Positions 33,416-44,314 of a stretch of DNA of 64,000 bases are shown here, one piece after another. Numbering within the stretch: position 1 is the stretch's first letter; every line of letters starts with the position of its first letter. The notes beneath the pieces were generated by a model, which did not search any database, had not been told where the DNA came from, and worked only from the letters and a program-made list of their open reading frames with translations. This DNA comes from an uncultured Methanomicrobiaceae archaeon (GTDB taxonomy: Archaea; Halobacteriota; Methanomicrobia; Methanomicrobiales; Methanoculleaceae). A program made the translations under genes and the position numbers. The DNA lies in assembly GCA_963826525.1 (NCBI GenBank), contig CAWGXH010000004.1, forward strand, positions 544,001-608,000. Reading direction: 5' to 3'.

Positions 33416-33605
33416 CGTTAACTTTATTAAAGACGAGACTGTGTTAACCTAACTTATTTAAACCACTCCAAATTAACAACGGTCTTATACTCCCCTGTTA
33501 AGAATTAACTCATTCTTCTGATGGCACCTATGCGAATGCGGGCACCCGGAGTGCCTATCCCGGAGAGGCTTCTTCGTGCATCTTTACAGGAGAGCGAGCA
33601 GTCTT
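33416..33605 (+). promoter_or_regulatory. Conserved promoter/leader copy 3 (TTAA-N9-TTAA 33444-33460; TATA 33484-33489)
   Basis: Colinear with copies 1 and 2 from the TATA region to the ATG. Confidence 0.72.
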
Positions 33606-36600
33606 ATGAGAGAATATGAGCATATTCAAAGCATAATACCGCAGAGACGGATGGCCGCCATACTGCTGGTTCTCGCAATCATCACCGTACCGGTCGCGGC
33701 AGCCGATATCGGCGGGATCACCCTCCCCGACTACAAGCACATCGACATCACGATGGCAAACGGCGGGGAGAAATACGTCAAGTTCGACGGCGGGGGGCTC
33801 AACGCCCTCCATATCACGACAGATCCGTCCGAGCCCTATGGACAGGTGACCGACACCGATACCCAGGCGGGCACTTTCTACTTCTCCGACACGGGCGGGC
33901 GCGGGTTCTTTGACGACCTCATCCTTATGGTGGCGGTGCAGGGGCAGGTCCCCGAGGACTTCAAGGTCCATGTCAGGGCAAGCGGGTACCAGTGGACGCC
34001 GACCGGCGAACTGAACCAGCCCCCGACAACGGATGAGATCGCATATGCCGAAAGCGCCACCGACAGGACCTTCACCAGATCGGACTTCATCTACGAGCCG
34101 CAGATCTGGAGACCCTGCCGGGAGGCGGACTACCCGATCTATTACGGCCAGGATATGAGCAGGAATAATCCGGAAGATCGGTTTCATATCATGTTCATCG
34201 ACCTCGGCATCGGTGCGATCGGCCAGAACAGTTACTTGAATGGACTGACCGACGAGGGGTGCGCAAGGATCGAGTACATCCTTTGAGAACCTGGAGACAT
34301 TCGCGGCATTCAACGTCTACGGCTGGTGCAACCAGTCCAACCAGGGAGAAGGAATATCGTGGTCCAATGACCTCACCAGCTTCTCGTCATCGGGCGTGAG
34401 CGGCTACTCGGTCAGGGGAACCCAGAGCGGCGGCGATACGGCAGGCTCCGGCGGCGGAAGCGGCAGCGCCGGGGGAAGCTCCGGGTCGTCCGGAGGGTCC
34501 GGCATCCGCGGCAGTAACCTGAACACATCGGTGACGGGCTCCATCAACGGCACCATCCAGGTATTTACCGTAGCAGGGCCCACAAATCCGTTAACGACAG
34601 GCTCCTCGGCAGACATTCGGATCCCGGTCACCATCCCCGAAGGCGCTACGATCGACCGCGGTCTCCTCTATGTCTATGTGAGCGACGCAGAGGAGACGGA
34701 GACGGGCACAGGAACGGAGGTCGAACCGGATTTCAGGTTTGACGGAAAGCCGGTCACGCCTGCAACCGTAGCCTGGGACCGGCAGGGAACCGGATCAGAC
34801 TCGATGGCCGGGACGTTCACCATGGAGATCCCGCCGGAGATGCTTACCAATGGCGACCACACAGTGACGATACAAGCAGAAGGGGAGCAGAGAGCGACAT
34901 ACCGGATGCCCGCCGCACTCCTGGTGCTCGTCGCCGGCGACCCCGCCAGATCAAGGATCGATTACTGGATTGCTGACGGGTGCGATGATGTCCTCGCGGA
35001 CCTCTGGGAGGGAACGACCAGCGAGGATGCCGCCACAGAGGTAAAGTTTGACGGAACCATCGATAGTGGTCAGGCTTCCGGGGCGTGGCTCTATGTTGCA
35101 AGCACGGCTGCGCCCGAAGAGGGCGGCAGAGGCGGCAACCGGGTGACGATGGACACCTGGGACTGGCTCAGCCCGCTGCAGGAGGGACCTTCCGGGGTCT
35201 TGACCACCGCCCTGGACGTCTTCTCGTTTATCCACGAATCAGGAAACACCGCACAGGTGCAGAGTTATCCGATCGGCGTTGCCGGAGACCACCTCCAGAA
35301 CCGAAACGCCATACTGGTAGTCCGATACGGAGCGGTGGAGGAGGGGGCCGCCCCCGGCATTGAGATATCCTCTGATACCAAGGCGGCTGCCGGGGAGGAT
35401 ATCGGGTCGTTCATAATGCCGTACGCGGCTACCGGGGTGCTGGAGGAGGAGTTCTGCTACCGCACGGCGGACGGCGCCCTGGCGCTCACGTTCCCGAAAG
35501 GAGGCCGGATGATCAACGGCACGGGTGCCGCGGTGACATCGGTGACGATCCGAGCAGTGCGGGATCTCCTCCCGGTTCCGGGTACGGCGATGGAGAGGGT
35601 CTACCGCATCGCTCCCGAAGATGCCACGGGGGAGGGGCCATTCTCCATCACGGCGCATCTTCAGGAGACGGCTCGTGATGCGATGTGGTACCGGTACGAT
35701 ACCGCTGTATCGGCCTGGCAACAGGTCAATACCTCCCTCGACCTCGCAAACGGAACGGTGACGGCATACCCTGAAACGTTCGGAATATACGGGGTAGCCA
35801 CACCGCTGCCGGCAACCCTCACCGTCGGTTCAAACCCCGCCGGCGCACGGATCTACCTCGACGGCGTGTATCTCGGGAAAGTCACCCCGGCCACAATCAG
35901 TCCCGCGGAATCTGGGAACCATACCGTCCGGCTGGAACTGGAGCAGTTTACGCCGTACGAAACAACAGTCACGATCCCGAACGATACGGCACTGTTCGCG
36001 GATCTCACCCCTGATGGCCCCCTGAGTCTCAATCGCCTGAAATTCGACGAACCGTGTACTGAGCCGGGACCGACCGGATCGGCGGAGTGTATGTCATGTC
36101 CCAACCTTCAGGGGCCTCTATCATCATCGACGGGAAGAGAATGAAATTCACGACGCCGCACATTATCCAGGGCATCAGGGAAGGAAGCCACACGGTGCAG
36201 GTGATAAAGGAAGGCCAGTCTTTCAACACCCCGACGAAGACGGTATGGATTGAGAACAACTGCATCACCCCTGTTTTGATTACCGCGCAAGACCAGGCCA
36301 TAGTCCGGAAGGTTTCTCTCTCATCCGACGAGTATGCGAGCGAAGGATGCACCGTCAACGGCAGGGGACCGGTCTTCAGGCTGCCCCGGACAGTCGAGGT
36401 GGCGGGGGCGGATCCGTTCATCACGATCAACGATGGCGACCGCTACCTCTCCCACCGGATCACAGTAACGGAGAACGGGCAGACGATCGCGATCGCACCC
36501 CGCGACTACACATTCTGCGGACTGCTCGTGGAGTCCAGCCCGGCAGGCGCTGAGATCCTGGTAGACGGCTTCGAGACCGGTTTCTGTACCCCCTACCTCA

Positions 36601-36950
36601 TCGGGAATATCTCGGACGGTCCGCACATCGTCTCCGTCACCCGCCCGGGATACCTCCCCGCGGAAGAGGAGATCTGGCTCACCGACGATAGGAACGCCGA
36701 CGTCGACAAGCGGCTTACGTTCCGTCTCGAACCCTACTCATACGGCAGCCTGAACGTGACGAGTGAACCTGCCGGCGCAGAGATCTACCTCTATAACCAG
36801 AACACCGGTGAGGTAACGCCGCACACTTTCCGGTATATGCCACTCGGGACGTATGAAGTGAAGGTCGTCGGGAACGCTACATTCCGGACGGCAGATGACC
36901 TCACTATCACCCCCTACGAGGTGGCCAGGCGCACGTTCAACCTGGTTTGA
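33606..36950 (+). CDS. Secreted protein: domain X - Gly/Ser linker - DUF3344-like - PEGA repeats (frameshifts near 34283 and 36075)
   Basis: ORFs 33576..34286, 34396..36144 and 36087..36950; start MREYEHIQS paralogous to MREDERIQS; IPEGATI..LYV and NAILVV motifs; four S.P.GA.I PEGA motifs. Confidence 0.72.
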
Positions 36951-37409
36951 GCGTAGCCACACCTCTTTTTACCGACCTCCCTTGAACGGATTGAGGCAGG
37001 TCTTTTATCGTCGAGAACACCCAAAGACGATCCTGAAACCCTGCGGGTTACAGGCTCACCTGGTGAACATCAATAACCCGACTTTCATCTCCGTATTCAA
37101 ATCGATTTTCAGGAGAACTCTATAGCAGGAAGGGGAGAAGATCCTCCCGCATCCCCCCTGGTGCAACAGCCCGGCCAATACCGGTATCCTTTCTGCCGAT
37201 AGGGCACATGAGCGTGCTTCGATCCGAACCGACCATTTCATTTCCGGGCACTTTTGGGGCGTGCTCGTCGGTGCATTGTTCACGCCCGGCCGGGTCAGAC
37301 AGCAGCAAGAGAGGAGAGCGCCGGCACACCGGGAATATCCAGCCTCTCCGGACGATGTGCGATGCACGGAGAGCCCGATTCGCCCGGGAACGGCAAAAAA
37401 GGTATGAGG

Positions 37410-37973
37410 TTATCGGCGATTTTGCCATGCCGTATAGGCAACAAGAGAGATGCAGAGCGCACCGATCGCACCGATAACCGAGAGCGGTGCCTCTGTCGTC
37501 GCCGCCGCCGTGGTCGCCGCCGCCGTGGTCGCGGCAGTCGTCTCCTCCAGGGTCACTTCGGTCGGCGTTGCGGTCACTGTCTGCCCGGATGTTGCCGGTG
37601 CGGGAGCAAAGCTGATCGAGTTTCTAATGACACCGTCCTTCGCGTTATAGGGGTAATAACGGCCGTAGTTACTCCCGAGGGTGTGGGAGTTAATCTGCAT
37701 GTAGGTGTCGTCGCTCACCGGGATGTTTTTGATAACCGGCATGGAGGGGTCGTCCATCTTGTATTGCCGGAGTTCCGTGATCGGGTTTAACGTCGACTGG
37801 TTGCGCAGGTCGACGAGTTCGAGGAGGGTCGTCTCCGAACCAATCTCAATGGTGTCCCCGGGTTTCACGTCCATGGGCACCGTGCTCTGCGCTGCCGCCG
37901 GGGAGGCGAACGCGAGAACGGCGAGCACCAGAATCAGAGGGAGCACCTTCAGCAGACTTCGATATTTTATCAT
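37410..37973 (-). CDS. Small secreted protein with Thr-rich linker and C-terminal sorting/TM segment (DUF3821-like)
   Basis: Signal peptide, TTAAATTAAATT linker, APLS plus hydrophobic tail. Confidence 0.65.
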   Translation of the reverse strand: MIKYRSLLKVLPLILVLAVLAFASPAAAQSTVPMDVKPGDTIEIGSETTLLELVDLRNQSTLNPITELRQYKMDDPSMPVIKNIPVSDDTYMQINSHTLGSNYGRYYPYNAKDGVIRNSISFAPAPATSGQTVTATPTEVTLEETTAATTAAATTAAATTEAPLSVIGAIGALCISLVAYTAWQNRR

Positions 37974-38099
37974 GAATCATCCTCTTTTGCCAGATATTTA
38001 TGTGTGTTGGAATTGTGCCGCATACACACTTCACCGGTATGCCGGGCACCTGGCCAACCGATATATACTCAGGGAAGGATCGGTGCCGCGGTGTTTTGG

Positions 38100-38400
38100 A
38101 TGGACAGATTCGAAGAGAATATGAAGAGTTTTAAGCAGGTTCCGCCGGAGAAGCAGGCGGAGACGATACAGCAGGAGAAAGAGATCTGCACCTGCCCGGA
38201 CTGCCCGACCTATACGGAGTGCACGAAGAATGCCGGCGAACGTCTCTTCTGCGCAATCGGCGGCAGCTTCCGGTGCATCACCACGCAGGAGACCTGCCTC
38301 TGCCCGACCTGCCCCGTGAGCGAGCAGTACCGGCCTGACTCATACCGCCTTCTGCGTCAGGGGTGCGGAGACGAATCAGCGGTATTTCGACCCGCTCTGA
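38100..38400 (+). CDS. Cys-rich DUF2769-like protein (frameshift near 38331)
   Basis: CTCPDCPTY, LFCAIG, CLCPTCPV, then GLTHTAFCVRG in the next frame. Confidence 0.7.
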
Positions 38401-39487
38401 TCCGGCACCCTCCTACTCGCCGGCCGCCGCACCGTCGCCGAGGCTCCTTCCTCTCCGAGAGAGGGGCATCGTCAGAGGCTGTCCCGTGCAGCTCCTCGAC
38501 GAGGACGTGGTAGCCGCTGACGAGCAGCGCCATGAAGAGCGGGCCAAGGACGAACCCGATCAGCCCCATAACCCCGAGGCCGCCGATGAACCCGATCAGG
38601 ATGAGCACCGGATGGATGTCAACCCTTTTGCCCATCAGGATGGGGCGGAGGAAGAAGTCGGGGAAGGCGGAGAGAAGCGGGTAGCCGACGAAGGCGAGCA
38701 GGGCGAGCGCCCGGTAGTCGCCGGAGGCGAGGGCGTAGACCGCCAGGAAGACGACGAGGACAAGGGAGCCGACCGCCGGAATGAGCTGGAAGATGGCGGC
38801 GAGTGCTGCGTAGAAGAAGATGTCCCCAAAGCCCAGGATCGCGAAGAACGGGACGGCGAGGGCGAACGTGACCAGGGCGACGAGAACGTGCAGGACGTAG
38901 ACGGAGTAGATGGTATCCGTAAACGTGACCGTAAGCGCCTGAATTCCGCGCTGCGAGGGCTTTGGGAGTGCTGCCACGACCTCGCGGTAGATCTTATCGC
39001 CCCCGAGGATGGCGATATAGAGAGCCAGCGCAAAGACGATGATATCCACGAACATCAGCGGGACCTGGGGAATGATACCGAGCAGGCTCTGCTCGAGAAC
39101 CCCGACGATATCCTCAAGCCAGGCGTTTATGTCGAGGACAACTCCGGCGGCGTTCAGGTCGATATGCCGGCCGAGGAGCGATCCCGCCCATGTTACGATC
39201 GTCTGCAGCATCTCAAGAATTTCGTCCGTGTTCTCGAGCAGGACGGCCACCAGAAGGGCGAGCGTGGCGGCAAGCGCCGAGACGAGGCCCCCCGTCAGCA
39301 GGAACGCGGAGAGCCATGCGGGCATCCGGCGGCTGATCACCCGGTGAAGAGGCATCAGCACGACTGCAAATGTTCCGGCAACAAAGAGTGCTCCTGCGAG
39401 CGGCCAGAAGGCGAGGGCAGCTGCACCGGCGATCCCCGCAATGAGGAGGAACGTGAGCCTATCGATCCGCTTTCCACTTTCAGGCAT
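38357..39487 (-). CDS. AI-2E family transporter (3' end uncertain)
   Basis: Multi-TM; IPAVG, DFFLRPILMG, HPVLILIGFIGG, GFVLGP. Confidence 0.88.
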   Translation of the reverse strand: MPESGKRIDRLTFLLIAGIAGAAALAFWPLAGALFVAGTFAVVLMPLHRVISRRMPAWLSAFLLTGGLVSALAATLALLVAVLLENTDEILEMLQTIVTWAGSLLGRHIDLNAAGVVLDINAWLEDIVGVLEQSLLGIIPQVPLMFVDIIVFALALYIAILGGDKIYREVVAALPKPSQRGIQALTVTFTDTIYSVYVLHVLVALVTFALAVPFFAILGFGDIFFYAALAAIFQLIPAVGSLVLVVFLAVYALASGDYRALALLAFVGYPLLSAFPDFFLRPILMGKRVDIHPVLILIGFIGGLGVMGLIGFVLGPLFMALLVSGYHVLVEELHGTASDDAPLSERKEPRRRCGGRRVGGCRIRAGRNTADSSPHP

Positions 39488-39610
39488 ATATAAGCAGGAG
39501 AACGCGTGCAGACGGTATAAAAAATGCGTTTTTAACTGGAGCAGGAGTGCCCGGCGGGCACGCAGAGCGACGCACCACCGGTCAGACCGGCGGTGCGCTG
39601 CATCCCGCCA

Positions 39611-40081
39611 TCACTCGATGATGACGTTTAGAGTAAACGTAGTCTCATTTCCGGTCGTTTGTTCCCAGGGGCGCTTGTACACCGCAGCGAACTCGCCAGT
39701 GCCCTTCTCTATGGCGCCGTACTGCCACTCGTGCAGGCCGCCGGCACCGGGGATCTGCTCCGCGGGCGGGATGTACTCGTCGCTGATGTACTGGAGCCCC
39801 ACGGACGAGGTTACGTTCCACATATACCCGGTCGTCGGGTTCTCGTCGAGCCTGATCGTGATGTTGCGTCCATTCGGAACGGTCACCGTCTGCCCGTTGT
39901 TCGTCTCGTTGTACACGAATTGATCGACAGGGGCTGCCGTGGTCTCCGCCGCAGTCGGCGTCTCCGTCACGGTCGGGGTCTCGTTCGCGCCGGGTCCGGT
40001 TCCTGTACAACCGGCTCCCACCATGCACGCCACAAGGATGAGGGCTGCTATAATGCCGTAGATTCTCTTCATCTGCACCAT
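39611..40081 (-). CDS. Chagasin-family (I42) protease inhibitor lipoprotein
   Basis: Lipobox AGC, NPTTGYMW, GAGG, YKRPWE. Confidence 0.9.
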   Translation of the reverse strand: MVQMKRIYGIIAALILVACMVGAGCTGTGPGANETPTVTETPTAAETTAAPVDQFVYNETNNGQTVTVPNGRNITIRLDENPTTGYMWNVTSSVGLQYISDEYIPPAEQIPGAGGLHEWQYGAIEKGTGEFAAVYKRPWEQTTGNETTFTLNVIIE

Positions 40082-40148
40082 CAGACACTATAGCGACCCT
40101 ATAGATATAAATACTTCTCCAGGCCCCGGAGAAGCGTTGCCTGCCGGA

Positions 40149-40721
40149 TCAGGAGGATTCGGCAGGCCGGGCGAGGATGATGTAGTGGTAGATACCGGAC
40201 TCTGCCACCGACTCCACACAAAACCCCGCCTTCTCCATAAGCGAGATCGCATACTCCTCGCTGAACCGTTTTTCGAGGGGCGGGCCAAACGGTTGCGGCT
40301 CCTTCCGCCAGTCCAGATCCACCACGACCCCGGTAGGTTTGACCATCTCCCGTGCACGCTCGAGTACCCGGGCGGGATCGTCAAAGTCGTGCAGGTCGAT
40401 CCCGAAGAAGATGACATCGGCACAGACATTGCAGAGGATGATCTCCTCCGCAGGCCCATGGTGGAGGAAGATAGTGTCGAGACCTTCACCGATAGCCTTT
40501 CGGCGCAGCGCATCAAGGGCATCGGCATTGATATCGATCCCGATGACCCGGCCGAGAGGGCCGACGATCCTCGCTGCGGGCAGAGCGAAGAAGCCGTCGC
40601 CGCAACCGACATCGACGAACGTCTGGCCTGCTGCAAGCCCGATCTCGGCAAGGATCGACTCGGGGTTCTGCCATGCACGTCTCTGCCGTTCATCATGGTA
40701 GTGATGGCCGCCGGGGGTCAT
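40149..40721 (-). CDS. Class I SAM-dependent methyltransferase
   Basis: VDVGCGDG motif I, GIDI, LHD, KPTG. Confidence 0.88.
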   Translation of the reverse strand: MTPGGHHYHDERQRRAWQNPESILAEIGLAAGQTFVDVGCGDGFFALPAARIVGPLGRVIGIDINADALDALRRKAIGEGLDTIFLHHGPAEEIILCNVCADVIFFGIDLHDFDDPARVLERAREMVKPTGVVVDLDWRKEPQPFGPPLEKRFSEEYAISLMEKAGFCVESVAESGIYHYIILARPAESS

Positions 40722-41138
40722 GCGAGAGCATATGCCCGTCCCGCGTATTGAATGTTACACCAGGCCCGCATGCAGAAGAGCAGAGTACGGGGATACAGCA
40801 CCCCCGGCAGATCTCCGGACCTTACACCATGATTGCGGCGATAGAGCGTTGAGACTGAAATGGAGGACAAACCGCTGTTATTCGGAGTGACTGTGCAGGC
40901 GACGGTTGATCAGGCACTGGGTTCCCCGCTCCCTCGAGACTCCATTATAATTCAATCAATATAAAAATATCGCAGTATATATACTGGTCAATCGCACGAG
41001 CCGGGACGACTCCCCTTCCCGGTTGCCACAAACATTATATAAAGGATCTGCGGTATCTTCCCTGCCGACCGATTCAGGATACCGGAGTCCGAAGGAGGCA
41101 TTCCCGGATCGGAGACTCTGGTTTGCAGGAGGGGGATT

Positions 41139-42383
41139 ATGCGATTATGTGCACTACTGTTGACTGCTTTTCTTCTCATTTTACTCGTCATCCCGGGAAT
41201 TGCCACCGCCGATGAGCCTACGGTGAGCGTCTCGAACTACACGGTCACACCCGCCGTGGTGCAGCCGGGGGATATCGGGACTATCACCGTCGTGCTGACC
41301 AACACCGCAACGGCCGCAACCCGCACCGAGGCGGCCGTCGAGACCGTTCCGGGACAGGGGCAGGTGACCACCACGACCAATACCCAGATCAACGCGTTTA
41401 TCGAGGATGTCACCCTGCAAGGGGACGGGATTGATGTACTGACCGGAAGCTTCGGCCGGGTGGGCGCGCTAGGACCCGGGCAGTCCACCACACTCACGTT
41501 CCTCTTCCGTGCCCCTGCAGAAGACGGCATCTACTTTCCCGAGGTATGGGTCCGGGTCACCGGTGCGACAAGCGTGAAGTATCCCATTCCGGTAAACGTT
41601 AACTCGGCGTACTCGATCATAAAAAAACCGGCTATCCAGGTCGATCGGAGCGTTCCCGAGAGCGTAATCCCGGGACAGTCCTTCAATCTCACCCTCGTTC
41701 TCACCAACGACGGACAGGTGACGGCGAACGACATTACCGTCAACGCCAATGCAAGCACTTCTTCGATAACCGCCACCACCCCGCAGACATATTATATTCC
41801 CCAGCTCGCTCCGGGGGAGAATGTGTCCCGGGAACTGCGCTTCCTGACCGACACCGGAACAGCGCTCGGCCTGCAGCCGATCCTTATCACCGTCAGTTAC
41901 CAGAACACCAACGGGAACCTCTTCCATGATGCCTCGACCGTGGGTGTTCCGATCCAGGGAGAGGCCGAACTCGGGATCGCCTCGGTCAGTACCACGCCGA
42001 CCCGGATCACTCGCGGAGATGCGGTCGATCTCGTCATCAGGGTGGAGAACTCCGGCACCGGCGCTGCAAACTCGGTGCGGGCGACCATCGACGGTCTCCC
42101 CCTGGAAGGGAGCAGGGAGGCCTTCATGGGCACCATCGACCCGAACAACGATGCTCCGGCGGTCTTCAGCCTCACCGCGAATGCTACCGGGACGTTCGAT
42201 TATACGCTGATAATCTCATACACCGATGATTTCGGAACACATACGACGGAGGAGGCACTGCAGATCGCCGTCGCCAGATCGGACAACACCCTCCTGATCG
42301 CTGCCGTCGTACTCGTGCTCGTCGCGGCAGCCGTCGCCTTCTGGTGGTGGCGGAGAAGGCAGCGGGAAGAAGACACAGTATAG
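41139..42383 (+). CDS. COG1361-like S-layer/Ig-repeat membrane protein
   Basis: Signal peptide, three Ig-like repeats (PG...L.N.G), C-terminal TM; precedes ABC genes. Confidence 0.75.
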   Translation: MRLCALLLTAFLLILLVIPGIATADEPTVSVSNYTVTPAVVQPGDIGTITVVLTNTATAATRTEAAVETVPGQGQVTTTTNTQINAFIEDVTLQGDGIDVLTGSFGRVGALGPGQSTTLTFLFRAPAEDGIYFPEVWVRVTGATSVKYPIPVNVNSAYSIIKKPAIQVDRSVPESVIPGQSFNLTLVLTNDGQVTANDITVNANASTSSITATTPQTYYIPQLAPGENVSRELRFLTDTGTALGLQPILITVSYQNTNGNLFHDASTVGVPIQGEAELGIASVSTTPTRITRGDAVDLVIRVENSGTGAANSVRATIDGLPLEGSREAFMGTIDPNNDAPAVFSLTANATGTFDYTLIISYTDDFGTHTTEEALQIAVARSDNTLLIAAVVLVLVAAAVAFWWWRRRQREEDTV

Positions 42384-42393
42384 GAACCCCGGT

Positions 42394-43596
42394 ATGTTCG
42401 AGAATATCAAAGTGGCATCCTTCCTCGCATTCAAGCAGATCCAGCGGGGAAACAAAGGGACGCTGATCCTGACCATCATGATCATCGCTCTCATCTTCGT
42501 CAACCTGGTCTTTCTTCCCTCGATCATATCGGGGGTCGTCGAGACGTTCAACTCCCAGTCGATCAACTTCAACTACGGCAACCTGGTCATCGAGCCGCGG
42601 GAGGGCGATCAGTACATCAGCAACGTCGATACCCTGCAGAAGAAGGTCGAGCAGATCCCCGGTATCGTCGGCACCTCGCCCCGCATCTCCACCGGGGTCA
42701 CCTACTTCTACAAAGGCAGGAACGCCCGGAGCACGCTCTACGGCATCAACCCCACGGACGAACGATCGGTCACGACGATCGATCAGCATATGGTTTCCGG
42801 AGAGTTCTTAAGCGACGGCGATACCGACCAGATCGTCATGGGGCGGACACTCGCCGGGACCGAAGGAGAAGAGGGCGGCGGGCTCCCGTCGCTCCAGGGC
42901 GTGCAGGTCGGCGACTCCGTCGAGGTCGCCTTCCCGAACGGTGAGCGGCACACGTACCAGGTCAAGGGGATCTACGAGACGCAGTCCATCAGCGTCGACA
43001 GTTCGGCCTTTATCACCACCAAAGCGATGGACGCCGTCCTCGGTCTCGATAATCAGGCGTCGCAGATCCTCGTCAAGACCGCCGTGAACGGCGAGGAGGA
43101 GATGTTCCGGACCCGCCTTCTCGCCTACGGCGTCCAGCAGCAGGTCTTCACCTACGAGCAGAAGGCGGCCGGGTTCGTCAACCAGGCCATCCAGAGTTTC
43201 GAGATCATCAATGCCATCTCCACCCTGGTCAGCCTGATCATCACCATCGTAGTGGTCTTCATCGTCATCTTCATCAACACGGTGAACAAACGCCGACAGA
43301 TCGGGATCTTAAAAGCGATCGGGATCAACAAGCAGATCATCGTCAACTCGTACGTCATCCAGGTGCTCGTCATCACCTCCGCCGGGGCGGTGGTCGGGAT
43401 CATTCTCACGAGCGGCGTCATCACCTATCTCACGATCAATCCCCTCGTCTTTCCGGGAGGCCCGGTCTATCCGGTGGTCGAGACGATGACGATCGTACAG
43501 AGCGTCGCAAGCCTCTTTGCCGTATCGGTGATCGCCGGGTACATCCCGGCATGGCAGACCGCCAGGGAAGATATTCTGGACGCAATTCAGAGGTAG
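42394..43596 (+). CDS. FtsX/MacB-like ABC permease
   Basis: 4-TM layout, RRQIGILKAIG, YIPAW. Confidence 0.9.
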   Translation: MFENIKVASFLAFKQIQRGNKGTLILTIMIIALIFVNLVFLPSIISGVVETFNSQSINFNYGNLVIEPREGDQYISNVDTLQKKVEQIPGIVGTSPRISTGVTYFYKGRNARSTLYGINPTDERSVTTIDQHMVSGEFLSDGDTDQIVMGRTLAGTEGEEGGGLPSLQGVQVGDSVEVAFPNGERHTYQVKGIYETQSISVDSSAFITTKAMDAVLGLDNQASQILVKTAVNGEEEMFRTRLLAYGVQQQVFTYEQKAAGFVNQAIQSFEIINAISTLVSLIITIVVVFIVIFINTVNKRRQIGILKAIGINKQIIVNSYVIQVLVITSAGAVVGIILTSGVITYLTINPLVFPGGPVYPVVETMTIVQSVASLFAVSVIAGYIPAWQTAREDILDAIQR

Positions 43597-43601
43597 CAGG
43601 C

Positions 43602-44302
43602 ATGATCGTCGTCGAAGACGTCACGAGGATTTACAGACTGGGCAAGGTCGAGGTGCGGGCGCTGAAGGGAGTCTCCTTTACATCGAGGAAGGGGAGTTTG
43701 TCGGGATTACGGGCGCCAGCGGCAGCGGCAAATCGACGCTCCTGCATATCATGGGACTGCTTGATCGACCCACTTCGGGCAGAGTTCTCATCAACGGCCG
43801 TGACGTGCAGAAACTCTCCGACCGGCAGCAGACGCTCTTCCGGTTAAACCGACTCGGCTACGTCTTCCAGGACTACGCCCTGATCCCGGAGCTGACGGCT
43901 CTTGAGAATGTCTACGTGACGTCGCTTGCACGGGGGGTGCCGGAGGCCGAGTATATCCGGCGGGGAACCGAGGTGCTCAGGCAGGTCGGCCTCGGCGACC
44001 GGATCAATCACCGGCAGAGCGAGCTCTCGGGCGGCGAGCAGCAGCGGGTAGCGATCGCCCGGGCACTCGTGAACACGCCGAGCATTCTCCTCGCCGACGA
44101 GCCCTGCGCCAACCTCGACTCGGAGACCTCGAAGAGTATCCTCGACCTCTTCAAGCAGGTCAACGAGGAGCTGAACCAGACGATCATCATGGTATCGCAT
44201 GAAAAATGGCACGAACGCTACTTCTGCAGGATCATCAATCTCAAAGACGGTATGATCGAGCATATGCAGGAATGCGAATCCGGCGAGGAGCCCGCCGGGT
44301 GA
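43602..44302 (+). CDS. LolD/MacB-like ABC ATPase (frameshift near 43680)
   Basis: ALKGVS joins GASGSGKST; LSGGEQQR, LADEP. Confidence 0.9.
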
Positions 44303-44314
44303 GAGGCGGCAGCT

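Noticed and set aside
30772-33456. AACCTAA as a DtxR/IdeR iron box
   Set aside because: Only a half-site match, in two of the four promoters, with no full 19-bp palindrome. Regulator left unassigned.
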